DNA of 64,000 nucleotides from an uncultured delta proteobacterium. GTDB taxonomy: Bacteria; Desulfobacterota; Binatia; Binatales; Binataceae. Under the pieces are notes generated by a model. That model ran no database searches and was not told where the DNA came from. It saw only the letters and a list, made by a program, of their open reading frames with translations. The position numbers and the translations under genes were made by a program. The first letter of the stretch is position 1; every line of letters starts with the position of its first letter. Positions 9,747 to 19,541 of this stretch are shown one piece after another. The stretch spans positions 85,935-149,934 of the forward strand of contig CAVQAR010000024.1 in the NCBI GenBank assembly GCA_963710425.1, given 5' to 3'.

Positions 9747-11672
9747 TCACCAGGTGTCGATGTTGGGACGCTTCTTGCCGGTGCGCGGCGCTTTCGGCGG
9801 CGTCGATCGCAAACCCGCGACGATCCACTTGCGCGAATCCAGCGGATCGATCACGTCGTCGATCTCGAAGTGCGACGCGGTGTTGACCGCCTTCCCATGC
9901 CGATACATCCGCTCGACCATCTCGTCAAACAGCTCCTTGCGCTTCTCGGGATCCTCGACCGCCGCCAGTTCGTTGCGATATCCCAGCTTCACCGCACCCT
10001 CTAATCCCATGCCGCCAAACTCACCCGTCGGCCACGCGACTGTGAATATCGGCGCCTTGAAGCTGCCACCCGCCATCGCCTGCGCGCCCAATCCGTAGCC
10101 CTTGCGCAGTATGATCGTAAACACTGGCACGCTGACATTCGCGCCCGTCACGAACATCCGCGACGCATGCCGCACCAGCGCCGTCTTCTCGACCTCCGGG
10201 CCCACCATGATGCCGGGGGTGTCGCACAGGAATAGCAGCGGGATGTCGAACGCGTCGCACAGTTGCATGAATCGCGCGGCCTTGTCGGCGCCGTTGCTGT
10301 CGATCGCGCCCGCCAGATGCACCGGGTTGTTGGCGATCAGTCCCACCGGACGCCCTTCGATCCTGATCAGCGCCGTGACCATCCCAGGCCCGAAATGCCG
10401 CCGTATCTCGAGCACCGACCCGCTGTCGGCCAGCGTCTCGATCACCGCTCGCACATCGTAAATGCGAAGCCGATTCTCTGGAATGATCGTGCGCAACAAG
10501 CGTTGATCGGCGCATACCCAGTCGCGAACGTCGCCCTGAAAGTACGATAGGTACTTCTTGGCGACTAGTACTGCTTCGGCCTCGTCGGCGACTGGAATAT
10601 CTACTACTCCATTAGCTACTTGGACCTCCATCGGTCCTACTTCTTCCGGGCGGAATATGCCTAGTCCGCCGCCTTCGATCATCGCAGGACCACCCATTCC
10701 TATATTCGATCCACTAGTCGCGATTACTACATCGCAGCATCCTAGTAGTGCTGCATTGCCGGCGAAGCACCTACCCGAGTTGATACCCACTAGCGGTACT
10801 AACCCACTCAACTTTCCCCAATAGTTGAATGCCATGCAGTCGAGCCCGGCGACGCCCAGTCCGTCGGTATCTCCCGGCCGTCCGCCGCCGCCCTCGGTGA
10901 AGAACACGACCGGCAAGCGCGACTTCTGCGCGATTTCGAACATCCGGTCTTTCTTGCGATGGTTCTGCTGACCCTGCGTGCCGGCCAGCACGGTGTAGTC
11001 ATATGACATCAGGATGCACTGTGCTTTCGACTCCTCGAAGAGATTGCCATTGACGCGCCCAATTCCCGCGACCATTCCGTCCGCGGGGGTGTTCTTCACT
11101 AAATCTTCGATCGTGCGCCGCCGCCGCTGCGCCGCAATTACCAGCGGGCCGTACTCGACGAAGGTGCCCGGGTCGCACAAGTCGTCGATATTTTCGCGTG
11201 TCGTGCGTTGCTTGGTCTTGCGCCGCCGCGCGACCGCGTTAGGCCGAGCTGCGTCGAGCCCCGATTCGTGTCGCTCGACCACTTCCGCAAGATCGGGACG
11301 CACGCGATCCAAATCGACGTCCTCGGCTTCGGCGCTATGCGTCGTTTCGACCTCGGCCTCTTCAATAAACGCCAGCGGATGTCCTTCGAAGATCGCGTCG
11401 CCCTTGGCCACCGTGATCCGCCGCACGATTCCGCTCTTTTCAGCCGCGATGACGTGCTCCATCTTCATCGCTTCCATCACGAACAGTTGCTGCCCGCGAT
11501 GCACCCGGTCGCCCTCGCTCACATCGACCGAAACGATCGTGCCTTGCATCGGCGCCTCGATCGCCACCGTGTTTTCCGGCGCAATGATGTCATGCGCCTG
11601 CGGCGTTACGACGGTCGCGGTCGCGGCGATTGGCGACAGTGCGCCGCTCTCCGATTTGCCGTGATGGAGCAC
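9747..11672 (-). CDS. Biotinyl-carrier domain fused to an acyl-CoA carboxyltransferase domain
   Basis: Biotinylation motif EAMKMEH. Long carboxyl_trans domain (VFFTEGGGGRPGD, GGSFKAPIFTVAWPTGEFGGMGLEGAV). The reading frame continues upstream of the GTG with no start codon. Confidence 0.9.
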   Translation of the reverse strand: MLHHGKSESGALSPIAATATVVTPQAHDIIAPENTVAIEAPMQGTIVSVDVSEGDRVHRGQQLFVMEAMKMEHVIAAEKSGIVRRITVAKGDAIFEGHPLAFIEEAEVETTHSAEAEDVDLDRVRPDLAEVVERHESGLDAARPNAVARRRKTKQRTTRENIDDLCDPGTFVEYGPLVIAAQRRRRTIEDLVKNTPADGMVAGIGRVNGNLFEESKAQCILMSYDYTVLAGTQGQQNHRKKDRMFEIAQKSRLPVVFFTEGGGGRPGDTDGLGVAGLDCMAFNYWGKLSGLVPLVGINSGRCFAGNAALLGCCDVVIATSGSNIGMGGPAMIEGGGLGIFRPEEVGPMEVQVANGVVDIPVADEAEAVLVAKKYLSYFQGDVRDWVCADQRLLRTIIPENRLRIYDVRAVIETLADSGSVLEIRRHFGPGMVTALIRIEGRPVGLIANNPVHLAGAIDSNGADKAARFMQLCDAFDIPLLFLCDTPGIMVGPEVEKTALVRHASRMFVTGANVSVPVFTIILRKGYGLGAQAMAGGSFKAPIFTVAWPTGEFGGMGLEGAVKLGYRNELAAVEDPEKRKELFDEMVERMYRHGKAVNTASHFEIDDVIDPLDSRKWIVAGLRSTPPKAPRTGKKRPNIDTW

Positions 11673-13189
11673 CGCAAGCGGATCGCTCGCGTCGATCTTG
11701 GCACCCGCGCGACGTCGGCCCGACTGCTCGACGTTGCTCTGGGAGCCAATGTCGGGCGATCGAAGAACAACCGCCGATGCCCGGATTCCGCAGAACTCAC
11801 CAGCGCCGCGATATTGTCCTCGACGAAGCGCGTGTATACGCGATTCGCGATGAACTCCGGATGCTGCAGCAGGCTTTGCAAAAATCCAATGTTGGTCGGC
11901 ACGCCCTCGATTCTGAATTCAGAAAGTGCGCGATATGTCCGGGTCACCAAGTCGGCAAAGTCCGCCGAGTGCGAGTGCACGATCAGCTTGGCGAGCAGCG
12001 AATCGAAATTCGGGCTGGTCGTGTATCCGGCGTAGGCGAACGAATCGGTCCGCACCCGCGGTCCCGACGGCGCCTCGAACGCGGTGATCGTACCGCCCGC
12101 CGGTTTAGCGCTGCCATCCGCGCGCATCGATTCCATGTTGATTCGTACCTGCATCGCGAACCCGCGCGGCTTCGGAATCTCCGCCTGTAGCATCCCAAGT
12201 TCCGCCAGCGTGCTGCCCGACGCGAGTTGAATCTGCAGCTTGACCAGGTCGACGCCGGTTACTTCTTCAGTGACCGTGTGCTCGACCTGCAGCCGCGGGT
12301 TGGCTTCGATAAACGCGAAGCCGGCCTCATCGCTCGCCGACGCCTCGCTGTTGACCAGGAACTCGAACGTGCCGAGGTTGTCGTAACGCACTTCTTTCGC
12401 CATTCGCACCGCGGCCGCGGTCAGCCGGTCGCGCATCGCTGGCGCGAGTCCCGGGCTCGGCGCTATCTCGATGATCTTCTGATTGCGCCGCTGGATACTG
12501 CATTCGCGCTCCCACAGATGACTGACGTTGCCCGCGCGATCGCCGATGATCTGCACTTCGATATGACGCGCGCGCGGCATCAACTGCTCGACGTAAACGT
12601 CGCCGTTGCCGAACGACGCGCGCGCTTCCGACTGGCATCGCTTGTACGCGTTTTCGATTTCTTCGGCGCGCGACACCGCGCGCATCCCGCGTCCGCCACC
12701 GCCGGCCACCGCTTTGATCATCATCGAAGCGCTGTCGCCGAGCGACGAGAAAAAGCGCCGCGCTTCATCGAGACTCGTCGAGCCCGAGGTGCCGCGCATG
12801 ATCGGTACGCCGCATCGGGCGGCCAGCGCGCGCGCCTGCACCTTGTCGCCGAACAACTCGAGCATCTCGGCGCGCGGTCCGACGAACGTGATTCCCGCCT
12901 CGGCGCATCGCCGCGCGAAGCCGGCGTTCTCACTCAGAAAGCCGTAACCGGGATGAATCGCGTCGCAGCCCGCCTCTTTGGCCAGCGCGATAATCTGTTC
13001 TCCGTCGAGATACGCGCCTGCACCCGCGCCGCTTAGACGGCGAGCCTCGTCAGCCTTGCGCGTGTGCAGTGAGGTAGCGTCGTCGTCCGGAAAAACGGCC
13101 ACGGTGCGGATACCCATCTCGGCGGCCGCGCGGATTATTCGAATCGCAATCTCGCCGCGGTTGGCGATTAGAAGACTGTTAGGAATCAT
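11606..13189 (-). CDS. Biotin carboxylase (ATP-grasp) plus BT-like region; the last ~50 codons of the ORF are off-frame (true junction near 11755)
   Basis: LLIANRGEIAIRIIRAAAEMGI, KAVAGGGGRGMR, EANPRLQVEHTVTE. The C-terminal Arg/Ser-rich tail is non-native. Confidence 0.9.
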   Translation of the reverse strand: MIPNSLLIANRGEIAIRIIRAAAEMGIRTVAVFPDDDATSLHTRKADEARRLSGAGAGAYLDGEQIIALAKEAGCDAIHPGYGFLSENAGFARRCAEAGITFVGPRAEMLELFGDKVQARALAARCGVPIMRGTSGSTSLDEARRFFSSLGDSASMMIKAVAGGGGRGMRAVSRAEEIENAYKRCQSEARASFGNGDVYVEQLMPRARHIEVQIIGDRAGNVSHLWERECSIQRRNQKIIEIAPSPGLAPAMRDRLTAAAVRMAKEVRYDNLGTFEFLVNSEASASDEAGFAFIEANPRLQVEHTVTEEVTGVDLVKLQIQLASGSTLAELGMLQAEIPKPRGFAMQVRINMESMRADGSAKPAGGTITAFEAPSGPRVRTDSFAYAGYTTSPNFDSLLAKLIVHSHSADFADLVTRTYRALSEFRIEGVPTNIGFLQSLLQHPEFIANRVYTRFVEDNIAALVSSAESGHRRLFFDRPTLAPRATSSSRADVARVPRSTRAIRLRCSITANRRAAHCRQSPRPRPS

Positions 13190-13426
13190 GTTCTCTCGTC
13201 TCTTTTTTCAGCGCGCTGATCCAGCGCTGAACTAGTCGTCGGCTTGAAACCCGCTTGGTGTCATTTGTTGATAAATCCTCGGCGACAACGGAGCCGAAAT
13301 CCGGTTCACTGCGACGCCGTCGCAACGGCTATCTAAAGCATGATGAGCCCAATGTGTGAAAGCGCCGCGAGCCTGTCTCTGCAGATACCTCGTTGAGCGC
13401 GTGTCGATGCACAGCTATAGTTTCAA

Positions 13427-14329
13427 GTGTCTGAGCGCATGCGATTCCGCATCAAACACACCACTCGATACGTGTACGAACAGCCCGCCTCCCATTCTCA
13501 TAATGACGTACGGCTCACTCCGATCGACGCGCCGGATCAGAAGCGCGTCGCCTTCAGGCTCAACGTCATTCCGGCCGCCGAGATTTCCGAGTATCGCGAC
13601 GCGTTCGGAAACCTCACCCATTCGATCGATATCCAGCCGCCGCATACCGAGTTGGTAATCAGTTCGTGCTCAGTGGTGGATCGATTCCCCGTCCCCCCTC
13701 AACCGTCATCGCGAATTACATTTTACGACTATCTGCAGGACGATGCGGCCAGGATGAAGGAATATTCGGAATTTCTGAGCCCTAGCCGCTATGTGCCATT
13801 CAGCGATCGCTTGCGGAAGTTTTTCTGGTCCGTGCGGCCGCAACTATCCGAAGACATCACAGCGTACACCGAGCGCATGGTTCTTTACGTGCGCAATCAA
13901 TTCGGCTACGACGGCGGCACTACCCACGTTCACTCGACGGTTGACGACATACTCACCCAGGGCGGCGGGGTGTGTCAGGATTTCGCGCACCTTAGCATAG
14001 GTCTCCTGCGGCTGGCGGGAATTCCTGCCCGCTATGTCTCCGGCTACCTCGCGCCCGACCCTCACCGGAACGCCAACTCTCCGCCTCCCGAATTGGCCAG
14101 CCACGCATGGATCGAAGCGCTTTTGCCGGGTGTAGGATGGACCGGTTTCGATCCGACCCATAGAACTCGAACCATGATTCGCCACATAAGACTCGCGGTC
14201 GGCAGAGACTACAATGACCTTCCGCCAGTATCGGGCGTCTATAACAGTAGCGGCGGCGGCCGAAAGATGGCCTACGAGTTGGAAGTAAGTCTCGCCACCC
14301 AGGATAGTATCGAGGAGCTAGGCGGCTAA
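13427..14329 (+). CDS. Transglutaminase-like family protein (Bact_transglu_N plus core)
   Basis: RFRIKHTTRYVY N-terminal domain. Core GGGVCQDFAHLSIGLLRLAGIPARYVSGYL with the catalytic Cys. The likely start is ATG 13439. Confidence 0.85.
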   Translation: MSERMRFRIKHTTRYVYEQPASHSHNDVRLTPIDAPDQKRVAFRLNVIPAAEISEYRDAFGNLTHSIDIQPPHTELVISSCSVVDRFPVPPQPSSRITFYDYLQDDAARMKEYSEFLSPSRYVPFSDRLRKFFWSVRPQLSEDITAYTERMVLYVRNQFGYDGGTTHVHSTVDDILTQGGGVCQDFAHLSIGLLRLAGIPARYVSGYLAPDPHRNANSPPPELASHAWIEALLPGVGWTGFDPTHRTRTMIRHIRLAVGRDYNDLPPVSGVYNSSGGGRKMAYELEVSLATQDSIEELGG

Positions 14330-14335
14330 ATCCTG

Positions 14336-15214
14336 CTAGGACTTGATCTCGTCAGTGCCGTCGAGTCTCTTCGATAGGTCTATAGGATCTCCCAGAGAGA
14401 CCTGACCAGGATCGACCTGGTAGGCCCACACTTCGAACTTCGTCATATTGGCGGGTCCATACACAGTCGCAAATGCGCATTCGACCGCATCGAGTCCTTG
14501 CGCGATCTTAATGCGTCCTATCCTGGGTTCGTTGTAGCGTGCGTCAAACACGTGCCATTTGTCGCCAAGATACACTTCGCTGTAAGCGTGAAAATCCATC
14601 GGCGATCCCGGATCCACATGTCCTATGTCGGGTAGATGACCAGTAACGTAGCGCGCGGGTATGTTGATCGCCCGGCACAGCGCAATCGTGCAATGAGCGA
14701 AGTCGCGGCATACGCCATAGCCTCGTTCGATGATTTGCGCGGCCGAAATGTCTGGTCTTCCTGACGCGAAGCGATACTCGATGTTGTTATGAACCCAGTC
14801 AGAGATAGCCTGCACCCGCTCGCCCGCGTCGTAGATGTGTCCGAACTTTTCTCCGGCGAAAGCAAATAGCTTGTCGGAATCGCAATACCGGCTAGGCAAC
14901 AGGTAGCGCAAAAGTGACGGCTCAATTGTCGCAATCGACGGCGCGTTTCCGAATTGCTCGGACTTATCGAAGGCGGTCGACACCTCGACCATAGCGTCGT
15001 GCTGAATCTTGTTGAGTCCAGTGCCTAGAATTATCCGGTAAGCAACGTTGCCGTCGGTATCGGTAAACGATTCGAACTTTCTCGCGATTCCAAATTCGAG
15101 ATTTTCCTGCCGTATAGGACGCTCAGGATCGACTCGCGGATTAACCAGCAGTATGACCGTCGCCGAAGACTCGCATTCGAAATGGATACTGCAACCGACG
15201 CGAACCGTAAGCAT
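14336..15214 (-). CDS. Transglutaminase-like family protein, second copy
   Basis: GYGVCRDFAHCTIALCRAINIPARYVTGHL core. Start MLTVRV at 15214, 3 nt after the stop of the upstream GATase gene. The ORF-track extension to 15361 overlaps that gene. Confidence 0.8.
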   Translation of the reverse strand: MLTVRVGCSIHFECESSATVILLVNPRVDPERPIRQENLEFGIARKFESFTDTDGNVAYRIILGTGLNKIQHDAMVEVSTAFDKSEQFGNAPSIATIEPSLLRYLLPSRYCDSDKLFAFAGEKFGHIYDAGERVQAISDWVHNNIEYRFASGRPDISAAQIIERGYGVCRDFAHCTIALCRAINIPARYVTGHLPDIGHVDPGSPMDFHAYSEVYLGDKWHVFDARYNEPRIGRIKIAQGLDAVECAFATVYGPANMTKFEVWAYQVDPGQVSLGDPIDLSKRLDGTDEIKS

Positions 15215-15216
15215 CT

Positions 15217-15846
15217 TTATGCGCCGTTGCGAACTCGCTCGAAGAATTCCGCGAACAGCGGAAGATAAAGCGGATCCCGCTCGGGATGGTATTGCACACC
15301 GATTGCGTACGGATGCGATCGAAGCCGCGCCTGCTCGACTATCCCATCGCTCGCCGACCACGCCTCGACTTCGATTCCGTCGGCCAACCGCTCGAGCGCC
15401 TGGTGATGCGAGCTGTTCACCGCGCCGAATCGATGTATCGCCGTCGAGCTATGCCGCAGCGCCTGGATGTTCTCTCGCTCATAGTTGTCGTGGCCGGGAA
15501 TATCGATATGCAACGTACCGCCGAGCGCCACATTCAACACTTGCAAACCTCGACAGATTGCCAAAACAGGCTTTCCTAAAAACAGCATTTCGCGCGATGC
15601 CTTGAATTCCCATTCGTCGCGCGCGCAGTCGGTATCGACAATCAACGACGCGTCCGCGATCGCCTGCCGAAGATAGCTCGCCGAGATATCGCCGCCGCCG
15701 GTCAGCATCAACCCGTCCATCTGGGACAGATCCACCGGATGCAATCGAGCGTTATGCACCGCCAGATGCGGATAACGGCTGAATAGAAGTGTGAACCAAT
15801 GTTCGTCGCATTGGCGAATCCACGTTGCGATACTCGGCATTTCCAA
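15217..15846 (-). CDS. Class I glutamine amidotransferase, peptidase C26 (PuuD-like gamma-glutamyl hydrolase)
   Basis: GKPVLAICRGLQVLNVALGG (nucleophile Cys) and GVQYHPER (His/Glu). Confidence 0.8.
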   Translation of the reverse strand: MEMPSIATWIRQCDEHWFTLLFSRYPHLAVHNARLHPVDLSQMDGLMLTGGGDISASYLRQAIADASLIVDTDCARDEWEFKASREMLFLGKPVLAICRGLQVLNVALGGTLHIDIPGHDNYERENIQALRHSSTAIHRFGAVNSSHHQALERLADGIEVEAWSASDGIVEQARLRSHPYAIGVQYHPERDPLYLPLFAEFFERVRNGA

Positions 15847-15960
15847 CCCAGTTTGAAAAACTACGACAAAGCTCCCTCTTGAGACTACGGACGCATCGCG
15901 CTTGTCGCAAATTCACCGGAGCGAGCCCTTGCGACGAATCCGCGCGCAACCTAGTACTGT

Positions 15961-17697
15961 GTGACTCGCATGCAGATAGAAATGAAAATTCACGAATTCG
16001 CCTTGGCGACGACGCTCGCAGCGCTGTGCTGCTGCACCTCGCCCGGCCAGGTTTTCGCTGCGAACTCTCCCGCCGCGACCGCCAGTGCGTCACAAGTTGC
16101 CCCCGCCGGTGCCGCCGACATCAACGCTCTGATCGCTGCCGGTACGCTACCGGATTTGCGCTGGCCCAACTTCAGCGACTATTGCGACAGCGTCAAAAAA
16201 TTCTACGCCGCAGGCGGCGATTCTCTCGCGTGGATCCAGAACGGCAAAGCCAGCCCTCAAGCCGTCTCGATGATCCTTCAGTTTCAGCAGGCCGCGTTGA
16301 AAGGCCTCAACCCCGAGGACTATGACGCATCGCGATGGGACGCGCGTCTCGCCAAGCTCCAACCGACGGCGTCACCGAAGCCTACCGACGCCGATCTTGC
16401 ACATATCGATCTGGCGCTGACTGTTTCCGCGATGCGCTACATTTCCGATCTGCATATCGGAAGGGTCAACCCGCAGCATTTCAAGTTCGGCCTGACGGTC
16501 GGTCCCAAAAAGTATGACCTGGCCGACGAGCTGAGAACGCAAGTGCTTCCCGCGCCGGACATTGCCGCAGTGATCGCGAAAGTTGAGCCACCCTACGACG
16601 GCTATCGTCGGGCCGAAGGAGCGCTCGCCACATATTCGAAGATGGCGACCGCGGGTGACACCCCGCTCATCGCGGTGCCGCAAAAAGGTGTGCGTCCCGG
16701 AAGTACCTTCGCGTCGATGCCGCAACTAGTCGCACGATTGCGTCAGCTCGGCGATCTTCCTTCCACCGCCGACGCTCCTGCCGACTCGACGCTGTACAAA
16801 GGTCCCGTCGTCGATGCGGTGAAACATTTCCAGCATCGTCACGGCCTCGATACTGACGGCGTGTTGGGAAAGGGCACGGTGACTGAACTCAACACGCCGC
16901 TCAAAACGCGCGTGCAACAGCTCCAACTCACGCTTGAACGATATCGATGGATACCGCCGGACTTCCCCGAGCCGCCAATTATCGTCAACATTCCCGAATT
17001 CGAATTGCGTACCATGCGCCGCCAGCCGGCCAGCTACCTCACGATGAGAGTGGTCGTGGGCAAAGCGATGCGCACGCAGACGCCAGTCTTCGCGGATGAA
17101 ATGAAATATCTGATCTTCCGCCCCTATTGGCTGGTTCCGACCTCGATTCTGCGCAACGAGACGATCCCGAAGACTCGGCGCAATCCCAACTACCTGGGTG
17201 ATAATGGCTTCGAAGTAGTCGATCAAAGCGGCAACGTCGTCCCTTCATCGCCGGCCTCGGACGATGTCATAGATGGACTTCGTTCCGGCTCGTATCGGGT
17301 ACGGCAGAAACCCGGACCCAAGAATGCGCTCGGCCTGGTCAAGTTCATCTTCCCCAATCAATACAACGTGTACCTGCACAGCACGCCGGAACAGGAATTG
17401 TTCTCGCGGTCCCGTCGCGACTTCAGTCACGGATGTATCCGGGTTGAAAGGCCGGCCGACCTGGCAGCGTGGATACTGCGCGACCGGCCCGAATGGACGA
17501 TGGACAAAATACAGGCGGCAATGAAGACCGGGCCCGATAATGTTCAGGTGAATCTCAAAAAACCTATTCCAGTACTAATTCTCTATAGTACTGCAGTAGT
17601 CAATCCAGACGGCGAAGTAAGATTCTTCAACGACATCTATGGCTATGACAAGTCACTAGCCAAAGTATTGTCGAATGGCCCTCCATATCCGAGCTGA
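15961..17697 (+). CDS. L,D-transpeptidase (YkuD domain) with a peptidoglycan-binding domain, YcbB/LdtD-like
   Basis: PG_binding_1 motif FQHRHGLDTDGVLGKGT. Catalytic motif DFSHGCIRVERP. N-terminal signal/anchor. Confidence 0.85.
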   Translation: MTRMQIEMKIHEFALATTLAALCCCTSPGQVFAANSPAATASASQVAPAGAADINALIAAGTLPDLRWPNFSDYCDSVKKFYAAGGDSLAWIQNGKASPQAVSMILQFQQAALKGLNPEDYDASRWDARLAKLQPTASPKPTDADLAHIDLALTVSAMRYISDLHIGRVNPQHFKFGLTVGPKKYDLADELRTQVLPAPDIAAVIAKVEPPYDGYRRAEGALATYSKMATAGDTPLIAVPQKGVRPGSTFASMPQLVARLRQLGDLPSTADAPADSTLYKGPVVDAVKHFQHRHGLDTDGVLGKGTVTELNTPLKTRVQQLQLTLERYRWIPPDFPEPPIIVNIPEFELRTMRRQPASYLTMRVVVGKAMRTQTPVFADEMKYLIFRPYWLVPTSILRNETIPKTRRNPNYLGDNGFEVVDQSGNVVPSSPASDDVIDGLRSGSYRVRQKPGPKNALGLVKFIFPNQYNVYLHSTPEQELFSRSRRDFSHGCIRVERPADLAAWILRDRPEWTMDKIQAAMKTGPDNVQVNLKKPIPVLILYSTAVVNPDGEVRFFNDIYGYDKSLAKVLSNGPPYPS

Positions 17698-17698
17698 T

Positions 17699-17716
17699 TA
17701 GCTATTCGAATAGCTA
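17699..17716. terminator. Perfect 18-bp palindrome tagctattcgaatagcta in the 35-bp gap between convergent genes
   Basis: Read directly. It lies 2 nt after the ldt stop (17695-17697) and 17 nt before the DLH stop (17733-17735). AT-rich, no U-tract. Confidence 0.35.
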
Positions 17717-17732
17717 TTCACGAATACTTACT

Positions 17733-18569
17733 TCAGGCTACACCGTGTTGCTTGAACCAAACCTGCATTCGCATCCATCCATCTTTGGCGGCTTGCGGTT
17801 TGTAGCTGGGACGATAGTCGGCGTTGAAGCCGTGCCCCGCATCTGGATAGATCACGATCATCGACGGTTTGCCCGCGGCCTTCAGCGCGGCGCGCATCTG
17901 CTCGATCTGGGCAATCGGAATCGCCATGTCTTTGCCGCCATACAGACCCAGAATCGGCGCATTGATCTGATTGACCAAATCAATCGGATTCTTTGGCCTG
18001 AGCTCCGACGGCGGCATCTGCAGCGGCCCATACCATGCGACTCCGGTTTTCAAAGAAGAGTTGTGAGCGGCATAGAGCCACACCTGCCGACCGCCCCAAC
18101 AAAATCCGGTGATGCCGAGTCTTGTCGTGTCAGCCTTGCCCGTACTTTTCGCCCACGCCACGGTCGCGTCGAGATCGGATGCGACTTGTTCGTCCGGAAC
18201 CTTGGCGACAACTTTTGAAATGATCTGCTGCGTGTCAGCCATGCTCGCGACGTCGCCTTCGCGCGAAAAAAGCAACGGCGCGACTGCAAAGTAGCCGAGC
18301 TTGGCGAGTCGGCGGCAGATGTCTTTGATATGCTCGTGGACGCCGAAAATCTCGTGCACCACCAGCACGGTCGGGAACGGACCGCCGCTCGCCGGCATCG
18401 CGCGATACGCTGGAATCTCACCGCCCGCGACCGGAATTTTGACTTCGCCGGCGACCAGTCCGTTGCTGTCGGTCGTAATCGTGTCGGCCGACACCGGCAT
18501 CACCGCCAGCGCGAAGCCGGCCGCGAGACTTCCTACCACGAATGCGCGACGCGTGAGTCGATTTTCCAT
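17733..18569 (-). CDS. Dienelactone hydrolase family protein with a Tat-type signal
   Basis: [28 protein letters not shown]. Nucleophile elbow [14 protein letters not shown]. The ORF-track extension to 18698 is unlikely to be real. Confidence 0.8.
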   Translation of the reverse strand: MENRLTRRAFVVGSLAAGFALAVMPVSADTITTDSNGLVAGEVKIPVAGGEIPAYRAMPASGGPFPTVLVVHEIFGVHEHIKDICRRLAKLGYFAVAPLLFSREGDVASMADTQQIISKVVAKVPDEQVASDLDATVAWAKSTGKADTTRLGITGFCWGGRQVWLYAAHNSSLKTGVAWYGPLQMPPSELRPKNPIDLVNQINAPILGLYGGKDMAIPIAQIEQMRAALKAAGKPSMIVIYPDAGHGFNADYRPSYKPQAAKDGWMRMQVWFKQHGVA

Positions 18570-18591
18570 ATTGTGAATTTTTGTAAAGCCG

Positions 18592-19541
18592 TTAGCTGGA
18601 ACGCAAGGGTGTTTCGCGCATGAAGCGGAGCGTGTCGTCCAAATCGCGGATGCCGGCATCGGAGCCCAGGCCCTGCGCGACCAACGCTGCCGCGGCATTG
18701 CCGAGTTTCATGCATTCCGCCGGCGTCCATCCGAGCCGCAGCGCGCGGATGAAACCTGCGCAATACGCGTCACCGCATCCCGACGTGTCGACGACCTCGA
18801 TGTTGTGCGCGGGCAGATGAACCCGCTCGCGCGCTGTCGTTAGCAAACTGCCGTCGCCGCCCATCGTCAGCACGACTCCGCCCACGCCGAGTTCGAGCAG
18901 TCGCATCGGCGGCGTGTTCCGGAGTGTGATGAGTCGGTCAGCTTGCAAGCTTGGTCGGCGTTGGGCATGAACCAATCGACGAACGGCAGGCACGGCTTCA
19001 GGATCGCGAGCAGTTTCGGCGAGCCTTCACTGAGGATGTCCATGCTGGTGGTCGCGCCGCCGTCGCGCGCGCGCCGCAAGATCTGCGATGCACCGTCGCG
19101 ACCCAGTCCGCGCATCGAATCGTTGCCGCCGAGATGCAGATGCGCCGCGCTTTCGATCAGCGGCCATGGCACGTCGTCGATCGAATAGACACTGTTAGCT
19201 CCGATCGCATGAAGCGCCGGCCGGTCTCCGTTTGCTCGAATTGGAAGAATGCTCGCGGAGGTTTGAACGCCGGGCTTGCGAATGACGTGGCCGGTATCGA
19301 CGCCGAAGCCGTTCAGCGCGCGGATCAGTACGTCGCCAAGAGCGTCGTCGCCGACCGCGCCGACGGTCGCGACCTCGAGTCCCAATTTCGCGAGGCCGAC
19401 CGCGGTGCCCGCCGCACTGCCCGCCGGCGCAAGCCGAATCTCGTCGAGCAGTACGCTGCCTTGTCCCTCGGGAATGTGCGTGACGTAGCGGCCAAGTATG
19501 TCGAGGACGTGCGCGCCGAGCGTCACGAAGATGTCGCTCAT
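18592..19541 (-). CDS. PfkB-family carbohydrate kinase, one frame change near 18935
   Basis: N-terminal part [14 protein letters not shown]...[16 protein letters not shown]-terminal signature [15 protein letters not shown] in another frame. The start overlaps the aldolase stop (ATGA). Confidence 0.8.
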
